Part shown: positions 20,756 through 31,009 of the stretch, piece after piece | How positions within the stretch are numbered: the stretch's first letter is position 1 | How the letters are laid out: every line of letters begins with the position of its first letter | From: an uncultured Verrucomicrobiae bacterium | Lineage (GTDB): Bacteria > Verrucomicrobiota > Verrucomicrobiia > Chthoniobacterales > Terrimicrobiaceae | DNA length: 64,000 nucleotides | NCBI GenBank assembly: GCA_963810765.1 | Contig: CAWEOV010000024.1 | Location: 345,906 to 409,905 of the forward strand | Direction: 5' to 3' | Program-made: the position numbers and the translations under genes | The notes under the pieces: model-generated | Seen by the model: the letters and a program-made list of their open reading frames with translations, nothing else | Told to the model about the DNA's origin: nothing | Databases searched by the model: none

Positions 20756-21745
20756 TCACGGGAGCGTCCACGGCTGGAAATAGTCGAGGAGGATCAGCGA
20801 CGATGATTTCGGCGCGCTACGAAACGCGCGGAGAACAGAGGGAAAATCGCTGCCTGCACCGAACCTGAATCCCCGCGAGAGCGGACGAAAAAAATCATCC
20901 TGGTGGCTAGGCAACACGTAGCGCGACCTTAGCCGCTGCAGGGTGAGTGGAAATCGCTTCCGCGCATCGGGAAGTGCAACGCCAAGAATCGCAAGGTCGA
21001 CGGGGCCGATCTTGTTGAAAATTGGGCCGTTCGGCCGGCCCCCCGATTCAATGTAAAGCCGCCGACCGCCCATCTCGATCAAGAAGGCGAGGGGTTCACC
21101 ACACACCCAGTCGCTTACTGAGCGTGGCGGAAGGCGCCGCGGAGGGCCATCAAAAGGTACGCGTCCGAATAGACGATCGTGCTGGACCGCAAGGCTTCGG
21201 ACCGTTGCGCCGCGAAGGCGCACCGTTTCTCCTCCGATGACAGGAATGCACCGGGCTCGATCCATCCCGAAGGACTCGATCAACCGAACGCTGGTCGGCG
21301 AAGCGATCAGTTTAGCGCCGGTGAGAGTCATTACCTCGGCAACGTCAAGCAAATGATCGATGTGACCGTGGGTGACTATGACGGCGTCGATCTGGCGGAC
21401 GGGCAAATATCGCTCGATCAGATCTCGCTTTGGCAAAGCCCGAAGATTGAGGGCGACACGAAGCAAGCTCATGCGTGAAAAGTATGGATCCACAAGGAGC
21501 GTTGCGGTGCGGGATTCCAGCAGGTAGGCGTTAGTCCCAAGATAGGTCACGCGCACACCCTGCTTCGGCAGCCCCGAATGCAGATTTCCATCGGCGACGA
21601 CCAAGTCTTGATAACGTTCCAAACCGGCATGGGCGACGGGAACCAAGAAGATCGAAACAGCCAGTAGCTTTGTCGCGCGCACGAGCGCGCGCGTCAACGC
21701 AGGCGCACCCATCCAGTCACCAAGATTGCCAGCGATTCTGTTCAA
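20756..21745 (-). CDS. MBL-fold metallo-hydrolase (secreted or membrane-anchored)
   Basis: VTHGHIDHLLD metal-binding motif and an N-terminal hydrophobic signal-like segment. Confidence 0.85.
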   Translation of the reverse strand: MNRIAGNLGDWMGAPALTRALVRATKLLAVSIFLVPVAHAGLERYQDLVVADGNLHSGLPKQGVRVTYLGTNAYLLESRTATLLVDPYFSRMSLLRVALNLRALPKRDLIERYLPVRQIDAVIVTHGHIDHLLDVAEVMTLTGAKLIASPTSVRLIESFGMDRARCIPVIGGETVRLRGATVRSLAVQHDRLFGRVPFDGPPRRLPPRSVSDWVCGEPLAFLIEMGGRRLYIESGGRPNGPIFNKIGPVDLAILGVALPDARKRFPLTLQRLRSRYVLPSHQDDFFRPLSRGFRFGAGSDFPSVLRAFRSAPKSSSLILLDYFQPWTLP

Positions 21746-22175
21746 CGGTCGTCAAGATCACCCGATAATCTTACTATCCACGGAGGGAAGTGAAGCAGGT
21801 CCATCCAAACCGGTAAATCGCGGAATCTGGTTGGTATCCGAAACTGGAGGATCCGGGCGCACGTCTGTCGAATATTCGGCGTCTCTCAGCGAAGCGATTT
21901 GCTGTGTTCTGTTAGTAACATCTCCCTGCTTGACGGGTGGCTAAACCGTTCATAACGTCACTCTTGGGTATCGTTCGCACCACAGAGCAAATCCCAAAAG
22001 CCGAATTCGTAACCCCAACCGCGTTTATCACTATGGACAGTGAACTCGATCGAGCCGATACTTCCGCGATCTCAGCCCTGTCAGACAAGATCGTCGCTTA
22101 CAGGCTAAGATCCGATAACAGTCCAAAAGTCGCGTGACGTGCGTGGGTATTTCAGCAGTCGTCTAGCCTGCGAGT

Positions 22176-22904
22176 ATGTGTGGCCGCTATGTACTCGGTA
22201 TTTCGCCGGAGGAACTGGCCGACTTGTCCGTTTTGAATTGTCGGAGAAATCCGGTTGCACGTTATCAGCCCCGGAGTTCAATGTGGCCCCGACGACCTTG
22301 ATCCCCGTAATCTGGAGAGAGGCGAAAGCGGGTCTCGCGAAGCCGTTGAGATGCGATGGGGCCTCATTCCCTCCTCGGCTAAGCCAGGCGAACGCATGCC
22401 GCTCATGATCAACGCCCCGGGCGGAAACGGCCAGCGATATCTACGAGTGGCTTGACCGGCGCGGCATGCGCCAGACGAAGGTCATCACCTGGCCAGCGAT
22501 TTTAAAGGGCAGAAGTCGCAATCGGACTTGGCAGACGATCGCGTGCTATATTGCTCCAAGAGGCCAAGCCGAGCCCAGCAATCTGCGAGCACAGTCTGGG
22601 CGCTCGCCCAAGGACAGTCACCCGAGAATCGCTGAAGCTGTATCAGCACCCAGGCATTGCCGCAACTGGTTAGATCGATCCTGCATAGAACCTGCGACGA
22701 AATCGTAAGTCCTCCTGGCGAGATGCCTCGACCCAATTGCTAGCTCAAGCTGGCTGTCGACAAAGTGGAGAATCCATAGCATGCCATTTGTTCGCCGGCG
22801 TGTCAGCGGACGCGCCTCGCGACAACGTCCGCGCACGTCCGGTGAGCACGCGGGTCAACAACGCGCGCAATGATGATCCCAGCCTGATCGAGCCAATCTA
22901 CTGA
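22176..22904 (+). pseudogene. decayed SOS-response-associated peptidase (SRAP / YedK-like) gene
   Basis: N-terminal hallmark MCGRY at 22176, then FNVAPTTLIPVI, EMRWGLIPS and MINA. The C-terminal hallmark RVNNARNDDPSLIEPIY* ends at 22904. These pieces are spread over three frames with an unrecognisable middle. Confidence 0.6.
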
Positions 22905-23057
22905 CGGAGATGCATAATGCCACGAAGAGATCTTCAGGAAGACCCCTGAGGCGCCGCATTTTCTTCGCTATGTCGAGCTTGCGCTAGCCCAGCCGAACGC
23001 TTTCAAGGAATGGGCTTGTTCTGCACGAAATTGACGGAGCCCCTACAGGATACTTCC

Positions 23058-23844
23058 ATGGAACTGCATATCAATAAAGACACGCAGCTCTGCATGTCGC
23101 TCGCGGCGCGTCCGGGAAATTTTGGAACCCGATTCCATAACTTCTTATACCGCGAACTGGATCTGAACTTCATCTACAAGGCCTTTACCACCCGTGATCT
23201 CGCCGCTGCAATCGGCGGAATCCGCGCGTTGGGAATTCGCGGATGCGCCGTTTCGATGCCATTTAAGGAGGCATGCATCGATTACCTGGACGAATTGGAC
23301 GCCTCCGCAAAGGGCATCATGTCGGTGAACACGATCGTGAACACCGACGGGCTATCTGAAGGCCTATAACACGGACTACACAGCCGTTTCTGCGCTCCTT
23401 GGATCGAGCGGAATCCCATCCAATGTTGACTTCGCGCTGCGGGGCAGCGGCGGCATGGCGAAGGCCGTTGCTTGTGCGCTCAGGGACGCGGGATTTACCA
23501 ATGGTCTGATTGTGGCGAGGAATGAAGCCGCGGGGACCGCGCTGGCCCAGCAATATGGTTTTCAGTGGAAGAAGGAACTTACGAATGAAAGGCCTGGATT
23601 GCTGATCAATGTCACTCCGGTTGGAATGGCCGGTGGCGCTGAGTCGGATCAGCTTGCGTTTTCGGAGGAGTTGGTTCACTCCGCTCAGTTCGTATTTGAT
23701 GTCGTCGCACTTCCCCCGGAAACACCGCTGATTCGACTGGCGACTTCGCTGGGAAAGAAGACCATTACGGGCGCGCAGGTCATCGCGCTTCAAGCTCTCG
23801 AACAGTTTGTACTCTACACCGACGTTCGCCCGGTGCCGAATTGA
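23058..23844 (+). CDS. shikimate/quinate 5-dehydrogenase-family protein, 1-nt frameshift at GGG 23349-23351
   Basis: ORFs 23010-23369 and 23455-23844 join as ...SVNTIVNTDG|YLKAYNTDYTA... (the family NTD motif). A Rossmann part LRGSGGMAKAV follows. Removing one G restores the frame. Confidence 0.75.
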
Positions 23845-23924
23845 TTGAGAAGGCCGCGGCATTTGCGCGTTCGTAACTTCCTTCAATCGCAGCCATCGCC
23901 TCCCCCAAGAAAGCACAGACTCTC

Positions 23925-24948
23925 ATGACGAGCACAGCGCGCAACGGAATCCTGGCAGGCGGGAATTGGATTCTCGATCGCACCAAGATCATCGACGTTT
24001 ATCCGGCGCAGGACGCGCTCGCAAACATCTTCGCCGAGACATCGTGCAACGGCGGCGGGGCCTACAACGTGCTTATTGATCTGGCGCGGCTCCAGGCGCC
24101 TTTCCCGCTGGCCGCGGTCGGGCTCGTTGGCGACGACGCCGCCGGCGAGTACATCCGCAAGGACTGCCAGGCGCATCGCATCGATACCCGGCAATTACAT
24201 ATCTCCAAGGAAGCGCCAACGTCCTACAGCGACATAATGACGGTGAAATCCACCGGACGCCGGACGATATTTCAACAGCGCGGCGCCAACGCGTTTCTCG
24301 ACGCCTCGCACTTTGACTTCGCACAGAGCGACGCGCGCATCTTTCATCTCGGCTATTTGCTGTTGCTCGACCGTCTCGACCGGCCCGATCCGGCGTGCGG
24401 AACTGTGGCGGCGGCCGTGCTTCAGCGCGCGCAGCAAGCCGGCTTCAAGACGAGTGTTGATGTGGTGAGCGAGGATAGCGACCGGTTCGCCGGAATCGTT
24501 CGTCCTGCGCTGAGGTTCTGCGATTACTGTGTCTTGAACGAATTTGAAGCCGGGCGCACGACAGGCATCCAGATCGTCCGCGAGGGAAGAATTGACATCG
24601 GGCGCTGCCCGAAGAGCTGCGCACGAACTGCTCGCCGCCGGTGTGCACGAGTGGGTCGTGATCCATTTTCCTGCAGGCGCGATCGCCGTCGGCTCCGGCG
24701 GCCAGGAACTGGTGCAGGCAAGCATTAACATGCCGCAGGCGCGAATTGCGGGAACGCTTGGCGCCGGAGACGCGTTCGCAGCCGGTGTCCTCCTGGGCCT
24801 GCACGAGGAGGTCCCAATGGACGTCGCCCTCACCTATGGCGTCTGTGCAGCCGCCGCATCGCTCACAGACCCGAACACTTCGGATGGAGTCAAGCCACTG
24901 TCGGAGTGTCTGCGGTTCGCTGAAGAATTCGCTTACCGCACCATCTGA
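23925..24948 (+). CDS. PfkB-family carbohydrate kinase, 1-nt frameshift at GGG 24600-24602
   Basis: N-part GGGAYNVLIDLARL and C-part GTLGAGDAFAAGVLLGL (PfkB signature 2) lie in two frames that overlap over 24544-24728. Confidence 0.8.
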
Positions 24949-24951
24949 AGC

Positions 24952-25986
24952 ATGACCAAATCGCTCGATACCAAAATCGCGGACATCCTTGCCAATCCTT
25001 CGGGAAGCAAAGCTTTCATCATCGCTGACGCGAAGGACGCCGATATGGCATTCGGCGTCACCGCGCCCGGCCCGCGGCGCGCCGCCAAGACGGACGACTA
25101 CGAGAGCGACTGGAAGTCGCTGGAAGACTTTCGCGCGCAGATTCGCGACGTCGTTCGACAGGGAATCGTCGATATCATGCTATTGTCAGCCTCGAACATC
25201 GAGATTCTCGCGATGGAAGAGAGGCTTTTCGAGAACTCTGCGGTCACGCCTGCGGCGCGCGCGAACGATACCTCCGATATCTGGGCCGTGCGCGGCGGCA
25301 AATACCCGCGCGAGGCATCGCGATCGTTTCGCACGGCGACACTCGACCATATCATGTACGGATGCATCGATCCCAAGCCCAACGAGAAAATAGCCGGCGC
25401 CGACTTGGGACTCTATTCCATCACGTTTACCAATAACCTTGACGAGGAACACCACGCGCTGCGCGAGTTCCATGAATTTCGACTCGAGGCGGAGCGAAAG
25501 GGTTTTCGCTATTTCCTCGAAGTGTTCAATCCCAACGTCGAGCCTGGGATTTCTGAAGCGGATATTCCAGCCTTCGTCAATGATCACGTAGTTCGCTCCC
25601 TGGCCGGCGTCACGAAACGCGGCCGGCCCCTTTTCCTTAAGATTGCTTACAATGGTCCGAAAGCGCTCTATGAATTGGCGAGCTACGATCCCCAGTTGAT
25701 CGTCGGCATCCTCGGCGGAAGCGCTGGCACAACGTATGACGCCTTTAAGCTGATCTCTGACGCGCAGAAGTATGGTGCGCGTGTTGCTTTGTTCGGGCGA
25801 AAGATCAATCTCTCCGAGCATCCACTCGCTTTCATCGAAATGCTTCGCCGGATTGTGGATCACCAGATCACAGCCGAAGAAGCCGTAAAGGCATATCACG
25901 ACGCCTTGAGGACACTCGGAATCACACCGCTACGCGAGCTTAATGCCGACATGCAGCTCACGGGAACAATGATGCGCTATCGTTAG
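24952..25986 (+). CDS. TIM-barrel class I aldolase-like protein (function uncertain)
   Basis: 344-aa ORF starting 4 nt after the kinase stop. LKIAYNG...GILGGSAGT...GARVALFGRKIN resembles the Lys strand and the C-terminal GA.G...GRN.. region of DhnA/FbaB/LacD-type aldolases. The assignment is tentative. Confidence 0.6.
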   Translation: MTKSLDTKIADILANPSGSKAFIIADAKDADMAFGVTAPGPRRAAKTDDYESDWKSLEDFRAQIRDVVRQGIVDIMLLSASNIEILAMEERLFENSAVTPAARANDTSDIWAVRGGKYPREASRSFRTATLDHIMYGCIDPKPNEKIAGADLGLYSITFTNNLDEEHHALREFHEFRLEAERKGFRYFLEVFNPNVEPGISEADIPAFVNDHVVRSLAGVTKRGRPLFLKIAYNGPKALYELASYDPQLIVGILGGSAGTTYDAFKLISDAQKYGARVALFGRKINLSEHPLAFIEMLRRIVDHQITAEEAVKAYHDALRTLGITPLRELNADMQLTGTMMRYR

Positions 25987-26039
25987 AGCAGAAATAACCT
26001 CGTGAAAAAAACAAACGAGGCGCTCCAAGTAAATGGTTC

Positions 26040-27758
26040 CTATCGAAACAGGCTATCGAGGCCCATGGCGGTTTTCCGAAGAAACTTGGGCAAGGCCTCT
26101 TGATGGCGAACACGGAACAGAAAATAAATCCAAGAAAGGGCGTTGAGGGTGAAAAGGCGGTCGAGGACGTGCCGGTATCCACGGTGACGCCGAACAAGCA
26201 ATCCGGCTAATAGCCAATTGACGGTGCGGCGGTTGAACCTCGCCGGCTCCAAGTCGAGGCGAATGCGATACCGCTGGCGCGCCGATCGCGGCCAGCGAAC
26301 CTTGTAAGCTTTTTTTGCGGTCTTGATCTCCTCAGCCAGGGCGGGATCAGGCGGGAGAAAATAATGCCGCCGGGCCAGCAAGACGATGGCGAGCGTGTCT
26401 CGCATGAATAACAAATCCTCCTCAGGCAGGCCGATTTGACTGGCAAGCTCGAACAGGCGATCGAAGTGAGTGAAGGCCGCTTCGCCTTCGCGAATGGCCT
26501 GTTCCGGGTCACGGACGAAGTGCGAAAGCACTCTGCGCACGGGCTGATTGATGAAAAGAGAGTCCCAATAGACATGGAGGAGTGGCGGAATGCGCACGCG
26601 GCGGAAGAAGAGCTTTTCGCGGGCGAATTCTTGGACATAAAGCAATTCTCGGATGACAACTTCCGTGAGCCGGAGGAACTCAATTGCGGCGGGTGCTTTG
26701 CCGATTCCAAAGAACGAGGCAACGGCCTGCTCGACGCTGGCGCCCTCCTTGAAAATGCGGAGGGCGGCGGTGGTATTCAGGTCGATCCACACGGCTCCCG
26801 GATCGAGAAACGCAAGCCGGCGGAAAGCGTGCCAGCCTCCGGTCTGGCACCACACAGAGAATCCGATAACGTTGCGAGCACCCGCAAGTTCGCGCTTATA
26901 TTGCTCGCAATCCCAGCCGATGAATGAGGGGTACTCGCCGGCGCCCTCGTATTCGCGGCGCGCTTGCAGCTCGATGATTTTCGGGAGGTCGATGCGGAAG
27001 AAATGGCGATTCAGCGGAAGGTAGCGGAAGAAGTCGCTCTCGCCGTATTTCATCGAAAGAACAAAGAATGGCGACTTTATCTCGCGCAGAGCGCCAGCAA
27101 GACGGCCGCGGTGCCAGATCAGATCACCGATAAGGTAGGCGCCTACAGTCCAGGTGCGAAAGATGAGGCGGCGTTCGCGACACTCGAAAATGGGCAGGAG
27201 GACCCGGAGCATGCGGTTGACTTCGCGCGCCGTGCGCAATACCAGCCGGCTGCGAAGCGGGTCCTTGACGTCCTGTCCATCAGCCTCGCCGATGCGCAGG
27301 ATGATTCCCTCGACCTCGGGAAAGTCGTCAAGACAACCGGCAGCGATTTCGCTAAACCATGCGGCGGCAGCGCTGGCGCGGCTCCGCAGGCGGTCATCCA
27401 CCGCGGCGGAAGTCGACACGAAGTCCGCCGTGAGATAGATGCGCAGGCCGCAAGCGCGGAGCAGCGCAAAGAGCGCGCGAAATTCCTCGCGAAATACGGC
27501 GTTGCGCGTCCGGACTTCGGGCTCAAACCACGAGTGATCAGAAAGATGCGCGACGTCGTCAAGCGATACAGCGTTGTAACCGAGACCGGCGGCCTTGCGG
27601 GCAAAGACATCAAGATCGGCGCGAATCGCGCGCCACTGCGTCCCGCGTTCCGGACCGGACGTGGCGAGATGAGCAAAAGGTATTTTCGACCAGTTGATCC
27701 TCCGCTTATGGTATCCGCGAAAAAACGGGCCGACGGCGTCGATGAGCGCGAGTTCCAT
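26040..27758 (-). CDS. hypothetical protein (possibly a glycoside-hydrolase-like TIM barrel plus helical C-domain)
   Basis: Long 572-aa ORF with protein-like composition. No family was confidently recognised. Confidence 0.7.
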   Translation of the reverse strand: MELALIDAVGPFFRGYHKRRINWSKIPFAHLATSGPERGTQWRAIRADLDVFARKAAGLGYNAVSLDDVAHLSDHSWFEPEVRTRNAVFREEFRALFALLRACGLRIYLTADFVSTSAAVDDRLRSRASAAAAWFSEIAAGCLDDFPEVEGIILRIGEADGQDVKDPLRSRLVLRTAREVNRMLRVLLPIFECRERRLIFRTWTVGAYLIGDLIWHRGRLAGALREIKSPFFVLSMKYGESDFFRYLPLNRHFFRIDLPKIIELQARREYEGAGEYPSFIGWDCEQYKRELAGARNVIGFSVWCQTGGWHAFRRLAFLDPGAVWIDLNTTAALRIFKEGASVEQAVASFFGIGKAPAAIEFLRLTEVVIRELLYVQEFAREKLFFRRVRIPPLLHVYWDSLFINQPVRRVLSHFVRDPEQAIREGEAAFTHFDRLFELASQIGLPEEDLLFMRDTLAIVLLARRHYFLPPDPALAEEIKTAKKAYKVRWPRSARQRYRIRLDLEPARFNRRTVNWLLAGLLVRRHRGYRHVLDRLFTLNALSWIYFLFRVRHQEALPKFLRKTAMGLDSLFR

Positions 27759-27824
27759 AACACTACACCAACGCTACACCAGCGGCCTGAAGCAACGAAG
27801 AACGCGACGCATTGGTCAAGTTAA

Positions 27825-28433
27825 CGTTTATCTGGTCGCGGACTGAAGCCAATAACCGTGACGGTCCCGAAACAATCCAGCCGGACGCCTCGGAAGGCCA
27901 AAAATCACAACCTCTACGTCGTTTCCCTTCTCACGGCGATTTTCCTCCCGATCACTCTGATCACCGGAATCTTTGGAATGAACGTCGGTGGGCTGCCAGG
28001 CGTCGATCAGGATAGCGGTTTCGCGTGGGTTTTCGGCCTTATGATCCAGACTAGAGCAAATCCCGAAATAAATTTCCGAAATGGTGGCAGCGCCGAGGGG
28101 TCTTTGGCAAGGCGTGTCGGCAGGCCAATCCCAAGAAAGGGGTGGGACCCTTTCTTCCCACCAAGGCTTGGCCTGCCGACGCAACGCAGCCAAAGACCCC
28201 TCGCCGCGCCAGCCCTTTCCCAAGCAATTCTTTCAGAAGTGCTTGGGAGGCGGCCCGGGCGCAATGGCCTGTCTGCGGTGTCAGAGTCACAAGGCCAAGG
28301 TCTATGGACGTTGGCCTTTGACTCTTCCTGGCAGACAGGCCATTTCGCCTCGGCCATTTGGAAATTTCTTTCGGGATTTGCTCTAACCGTCGTCACCTCC
28401 CTTGTGCTCCTCCACCGGCGGCGATTTTTCTAG
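27825..28433 (+). pseudogene. 5'-truncated CorA/ZntB-family metal transporter remnant carrying an in-frame MITE insertion
   Basis: NLYVVSLLTAIFLPITLITGIFGMNVGGLPG contains the CorA GMN motif (about 27909-28050). A family-like tail VVTSLVLLHRRRFF* resumes at 28386-28433. The cytoplasmic N-domain (~250 aa) is absent. Confidence 0.6.
28052..28385. mobile_element. 334-bp MITE-like element with ~33-bp terminal inverted repeats flanked by TA
   Basis: Left end is TAGAGCAAATCCCGAAATAAATTTCCGAAATGG (28052-28084). Right end is CCATTTGGAAATTTCTTTCGGGATTTGCTCTA (28354-28385), about 31/33 complementary. Internal long hairpins: GGCAGGCCAA...TTGGCCTGCC and AATGGCCTGTCTGC...GCAGACAGGCCATT. Confidence 0.6.
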
Positions 28434-29192
28434 TGTTCGGTATCCCTTGGTGTTCAACCGTTCCTGAATCTCTTCGCAAAGGGCGCGGTAAGCATGGGCG
28501 ACGGGAAGGGTTGCGGCATACGCAAGGACCGGCATCCGATGCAGTCCCATCTTCTCTATCTCGACCGTGAAGGGTATGACAGTTTTGAGGAACATCGGGT
28601 ACTTTTCCGGCAAATGCGCGATGGTTTCCTGGTGGATGCGATTGACGGTTTGCGCCATCGAAAAGAAAGGGACCAGAATTCCGGACGGCAAATCCATTTC
28701 GACAAAGAACCCGAAGAGTTGCTCGAGAGTGCGTTCCGACAGCGTCGTAGGAATCACCGGCACCAGGATGAGATTGGAGGCGCGAAAGACGTTCTCGGAA
28801 AGCAGCGTAATGTTCGGCGGGCAGTCGAGAATGATGCAGTCGTAGTCCGTGCCAAGCTCATCGAGCAGCCAACGCAGTTGCTTGCGTGACTTCCGCATCC
28901 GGTCGAGAACGAGATCAAAATTCCGATATGCGAGATTGGACGGGAGGATGTCCAGGCCGGGATAATCGGATTCGCGGATGTTCTGCCTCAGTCCGGCGTC
29001 GGTGAGATCATCGAGTTTCGTTTTGAATTTTTCCGCCGGGCTAACGCGGAAGAAGAAAGCGGCGGCTCCCTGCGGGTCGAGATCGACAAGCAGCGTGCGC
29101 TTGCCTGTCTGCTGAAGCGCGTATGCGAGATTCACGGAAAGCGCCGTTTTGCCGACCCCGCCCTTGATGCTATATGAGGAGATAACCCTCAT
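28383..29192 (-). CDS. ParA/MinD-family P-loop ATPase
   Basis: Deviant Walker A SIKGGVGKTALSVNLA and LVDLDPQG. Its ATG shares one nt with the stop of the upstream CHAD gene (TGATG at 29190-29194). Confidence 0.9.
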   Translation of the reverse strand: MRVISSYSIKGGVGKTALSVNLAYALQQTGKRTLLVDLDPQGAAAFFFRVSPAEKFKTKLDDLTDAGLRQNIRESDYPGLDILPSNLAYRNFDLVLDRMRKSRKQLRWLLDELGTDYDCIILDCPPNITLLSENVFRASNLILVPVIPTTLSERTLEQLFGFFVEMDLPSGILVPFFSMAQTVNRIHQETIAHLPEKYPMFLKTVIPFTVEIEKMGLHRMPVLAYAATLPVAHAYRALCEEIQERLNTKGYRTLEKSPPVEEHKGGDDG

Positions 29193-30826
29193 CAGGCGGC
29201 CGTTTTCCCGGTCGAATCTGCAGCCAGGTCCTTGGAATCCACGTAAGTCGCCTTAACCGCTCGAGCGATCTGCGGGGCGCAAAATTCGTCAAGTGTATTG
29301 TGGAAGCGTTCGCGTTCGGCTTGCTGGTCGTGAGCGAGCAGCGCGACAAGTCCGCCGAGCGACAAGGCGAGTTCGTCGTGGTCTCCGGCATCCTTGCGCT
29401 TCAGTTCCCAATAATTTATGAGAGCGCGCTGCTGAACGGAATAGTCGTTGAAAAGCCCGAGACAGTTCTGAAGGCGTCTCAACTGCTTCTCGATGTATTC
29501 CGTCTCGTCGGCGGGCAAAAGCTCACTGAAAAACTCTACCAAGTACCGCAGCTTCTTACATTGGATGCGCACCTGGTGGATCGCCTCGTCCGGCGTATCG
29601 GCGCCCAGCGAGCGCTCGATTTTGATGATTCTCTTATAGCTCTTGTCGATGCGCCTCGCGACCAGCGGGCCAACCGGACTCTGCGACACTTCAGTTTCTG
29701 GAAGGCGCGACGGCCAGGCGAAGAAGCCCTCCGCCGCCTCGATCGCGGCACGGTAAGCGGGCGAGTCGAGGTGCGCGACGACCTTCCTCAACGCGCGGCG
29801 ACGCTCCTTGGCAAAGTCCTGAAACATTTCTTCGAGTGCCGGCCGAAATGCCGCGGGAAGCATCGCGGTATACTCATCTCGAGCGAGAAGGTAGACGTCG
29901 AGGTCGCGCAAGCGATTGGTGACCTCGCAAAACTGCGCGAAGGCTGCCTTTAGCTGTTCGGTTTTTGCCTCGGGGTAAATTCCTTTGATCAGGCTCAGTA
30001 CCGACCGGATCTTGCGAACGCAAATCCGGTAATCGTGCAAAAATTCCGTATCGATGTCGTCGATGATGCCCGCTTCGTTTTCCCGAGCAATTGCGAGCAT
30101 GCTGTGAATAATCCGGCGAGCGGTCTCACGGGCGGACAGATCAGGCGCAAGATCGAACTTAGGCCGCAGCGTATATCGCCGGGGAGCCGTTCCACGCTCG
30201 CGAAGAAGCATGGCAAGAGGACCTTCGCCAATCTCCTTGGCCCCGATCGTTCGCAAAATCTCAGCGGCTTTCGTCGCCTCCGCCTCGTAACCCCGCATTG
30301 GCCGGAAATGACACAGCCGGTAGAAGGGCTCGCGCGATTCGCGGTCCGCGAAAAAATCGGTGAGATCGAAGCGGAATACCGTCTTCTGCGTTTCGTTCAG
30401 CAATTCGATCCCCTGTTCTCGTACTGAGAGTCGCGCGATCCGCGTCAGGCTTCGGATACCAAGCAGCCGCTTCAACTCTCTGCGCAGGCCTCCCTCCGGG
30501 AATTCCCACTCAAATCGTGGAACATGCTTGGCCGCCATTGGCAATACGTGGCGCACATCGCCGATCCAGTCATGATCGCGCTCGCACAGACGCAGCTGCC
30601 CGTTGGATTGGTAAAGGAGCCGGTCTCCGAACCAAACCCCCCATTCGAAAGTGTCGTAAAACGTCGCTTTGGCCAAGGTCGGCTCGCCTAACCGAATCCC
30701 GAACGCCGGCTCCAAAGCGGCGCGAACACCCTCGATTCCCAGTTCCGCCGGGATCTGACAGTTTCTCCGAGTAGCGCGCTCACTTTCCAAGGAAGGTAAT
30801 TTAGGCTCTTCGAAAGAAACTAGCAA
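29192..30826 (-). CDS. CYTH-like plus CHAD domain-containing protein
   Basis: C-half has the conserved His helices of CHAD (EFLHDYRICVRKIRSVLSL; IHQVRIQCKKLRYLVEFF). The N-half ATFYDTFEW...LRL resembles the YFDT...LR core of CYTH-like domains fused to CHAD. Confidence 0.82.
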   Translation of the reverse strand: MLVSFEEPKLPSLESERATRRNCQIPAELGIEGVRAALEPAFGIRLGEPTLAKATFYDTFEWGVWFGDRLLYQSNGQLRLCERDHDWIGDVRHVLPMAAKHVPRFEWEFPEGGLRRELKRLLGIRSLTRIARLSVREQGIELLNETQKTVFRFDLTDFFADRESREPFYRLCHFRPMRGYEAEATKAAEILRTIGAKEIGEGPLAMLLRERGTAPRRYTLRPKFDLAPDLSARETARRIIHSMLAIARENEAGIIDDIDTEFLHDYRICVRKIRSVLSLIKGIYPEAKTEQLKAAFAQFCEVTNRLRDLDVYLLARDEYTAMLPAAFRPALEEMFQDFAKERRRALRKVVAHLDSPAYRAAIEAAEGFFAWPSRLPETEVSQSPVGPLVARRIDKSYKRIIKIERSLGADTPDEAIHQVRIQCKKLRYLVEFFSELLPADETEYIEKQLRRLQNCLGLFNDYSVQQRALINYWELKRKDAGDHDELALSLGGLVALLAHDQQAERERFHNTLDEFCAPQIARAVKATYVDSKDLAADSTGKTAA

Positions 30827-31009
30827 TGTGCGCCTTGCGGGAGTCCGGCTTCGAGCACACTCACCGCATCACGGTTTTTTCTGACTTTCCGCTTTCGGAT
30901 CAGCGGACGTCTGATTTGCGCTCGCTTCCCAGCCTAAAGACCGGCTGCATCGGTAGAAATTTGCCGCATGGAAGAGCGCATGGTATCTTTAAGCAGTCTG
31001 GAGTCGAGT

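Noticed and set aside
21895-21907. GCGATTTGCTGTG as a possible second (right-end-like) MITE terminal repeat near the solo TIR at 21984
   Set aside because: Only about 8 nt match, and the orientation and order do not define an element.
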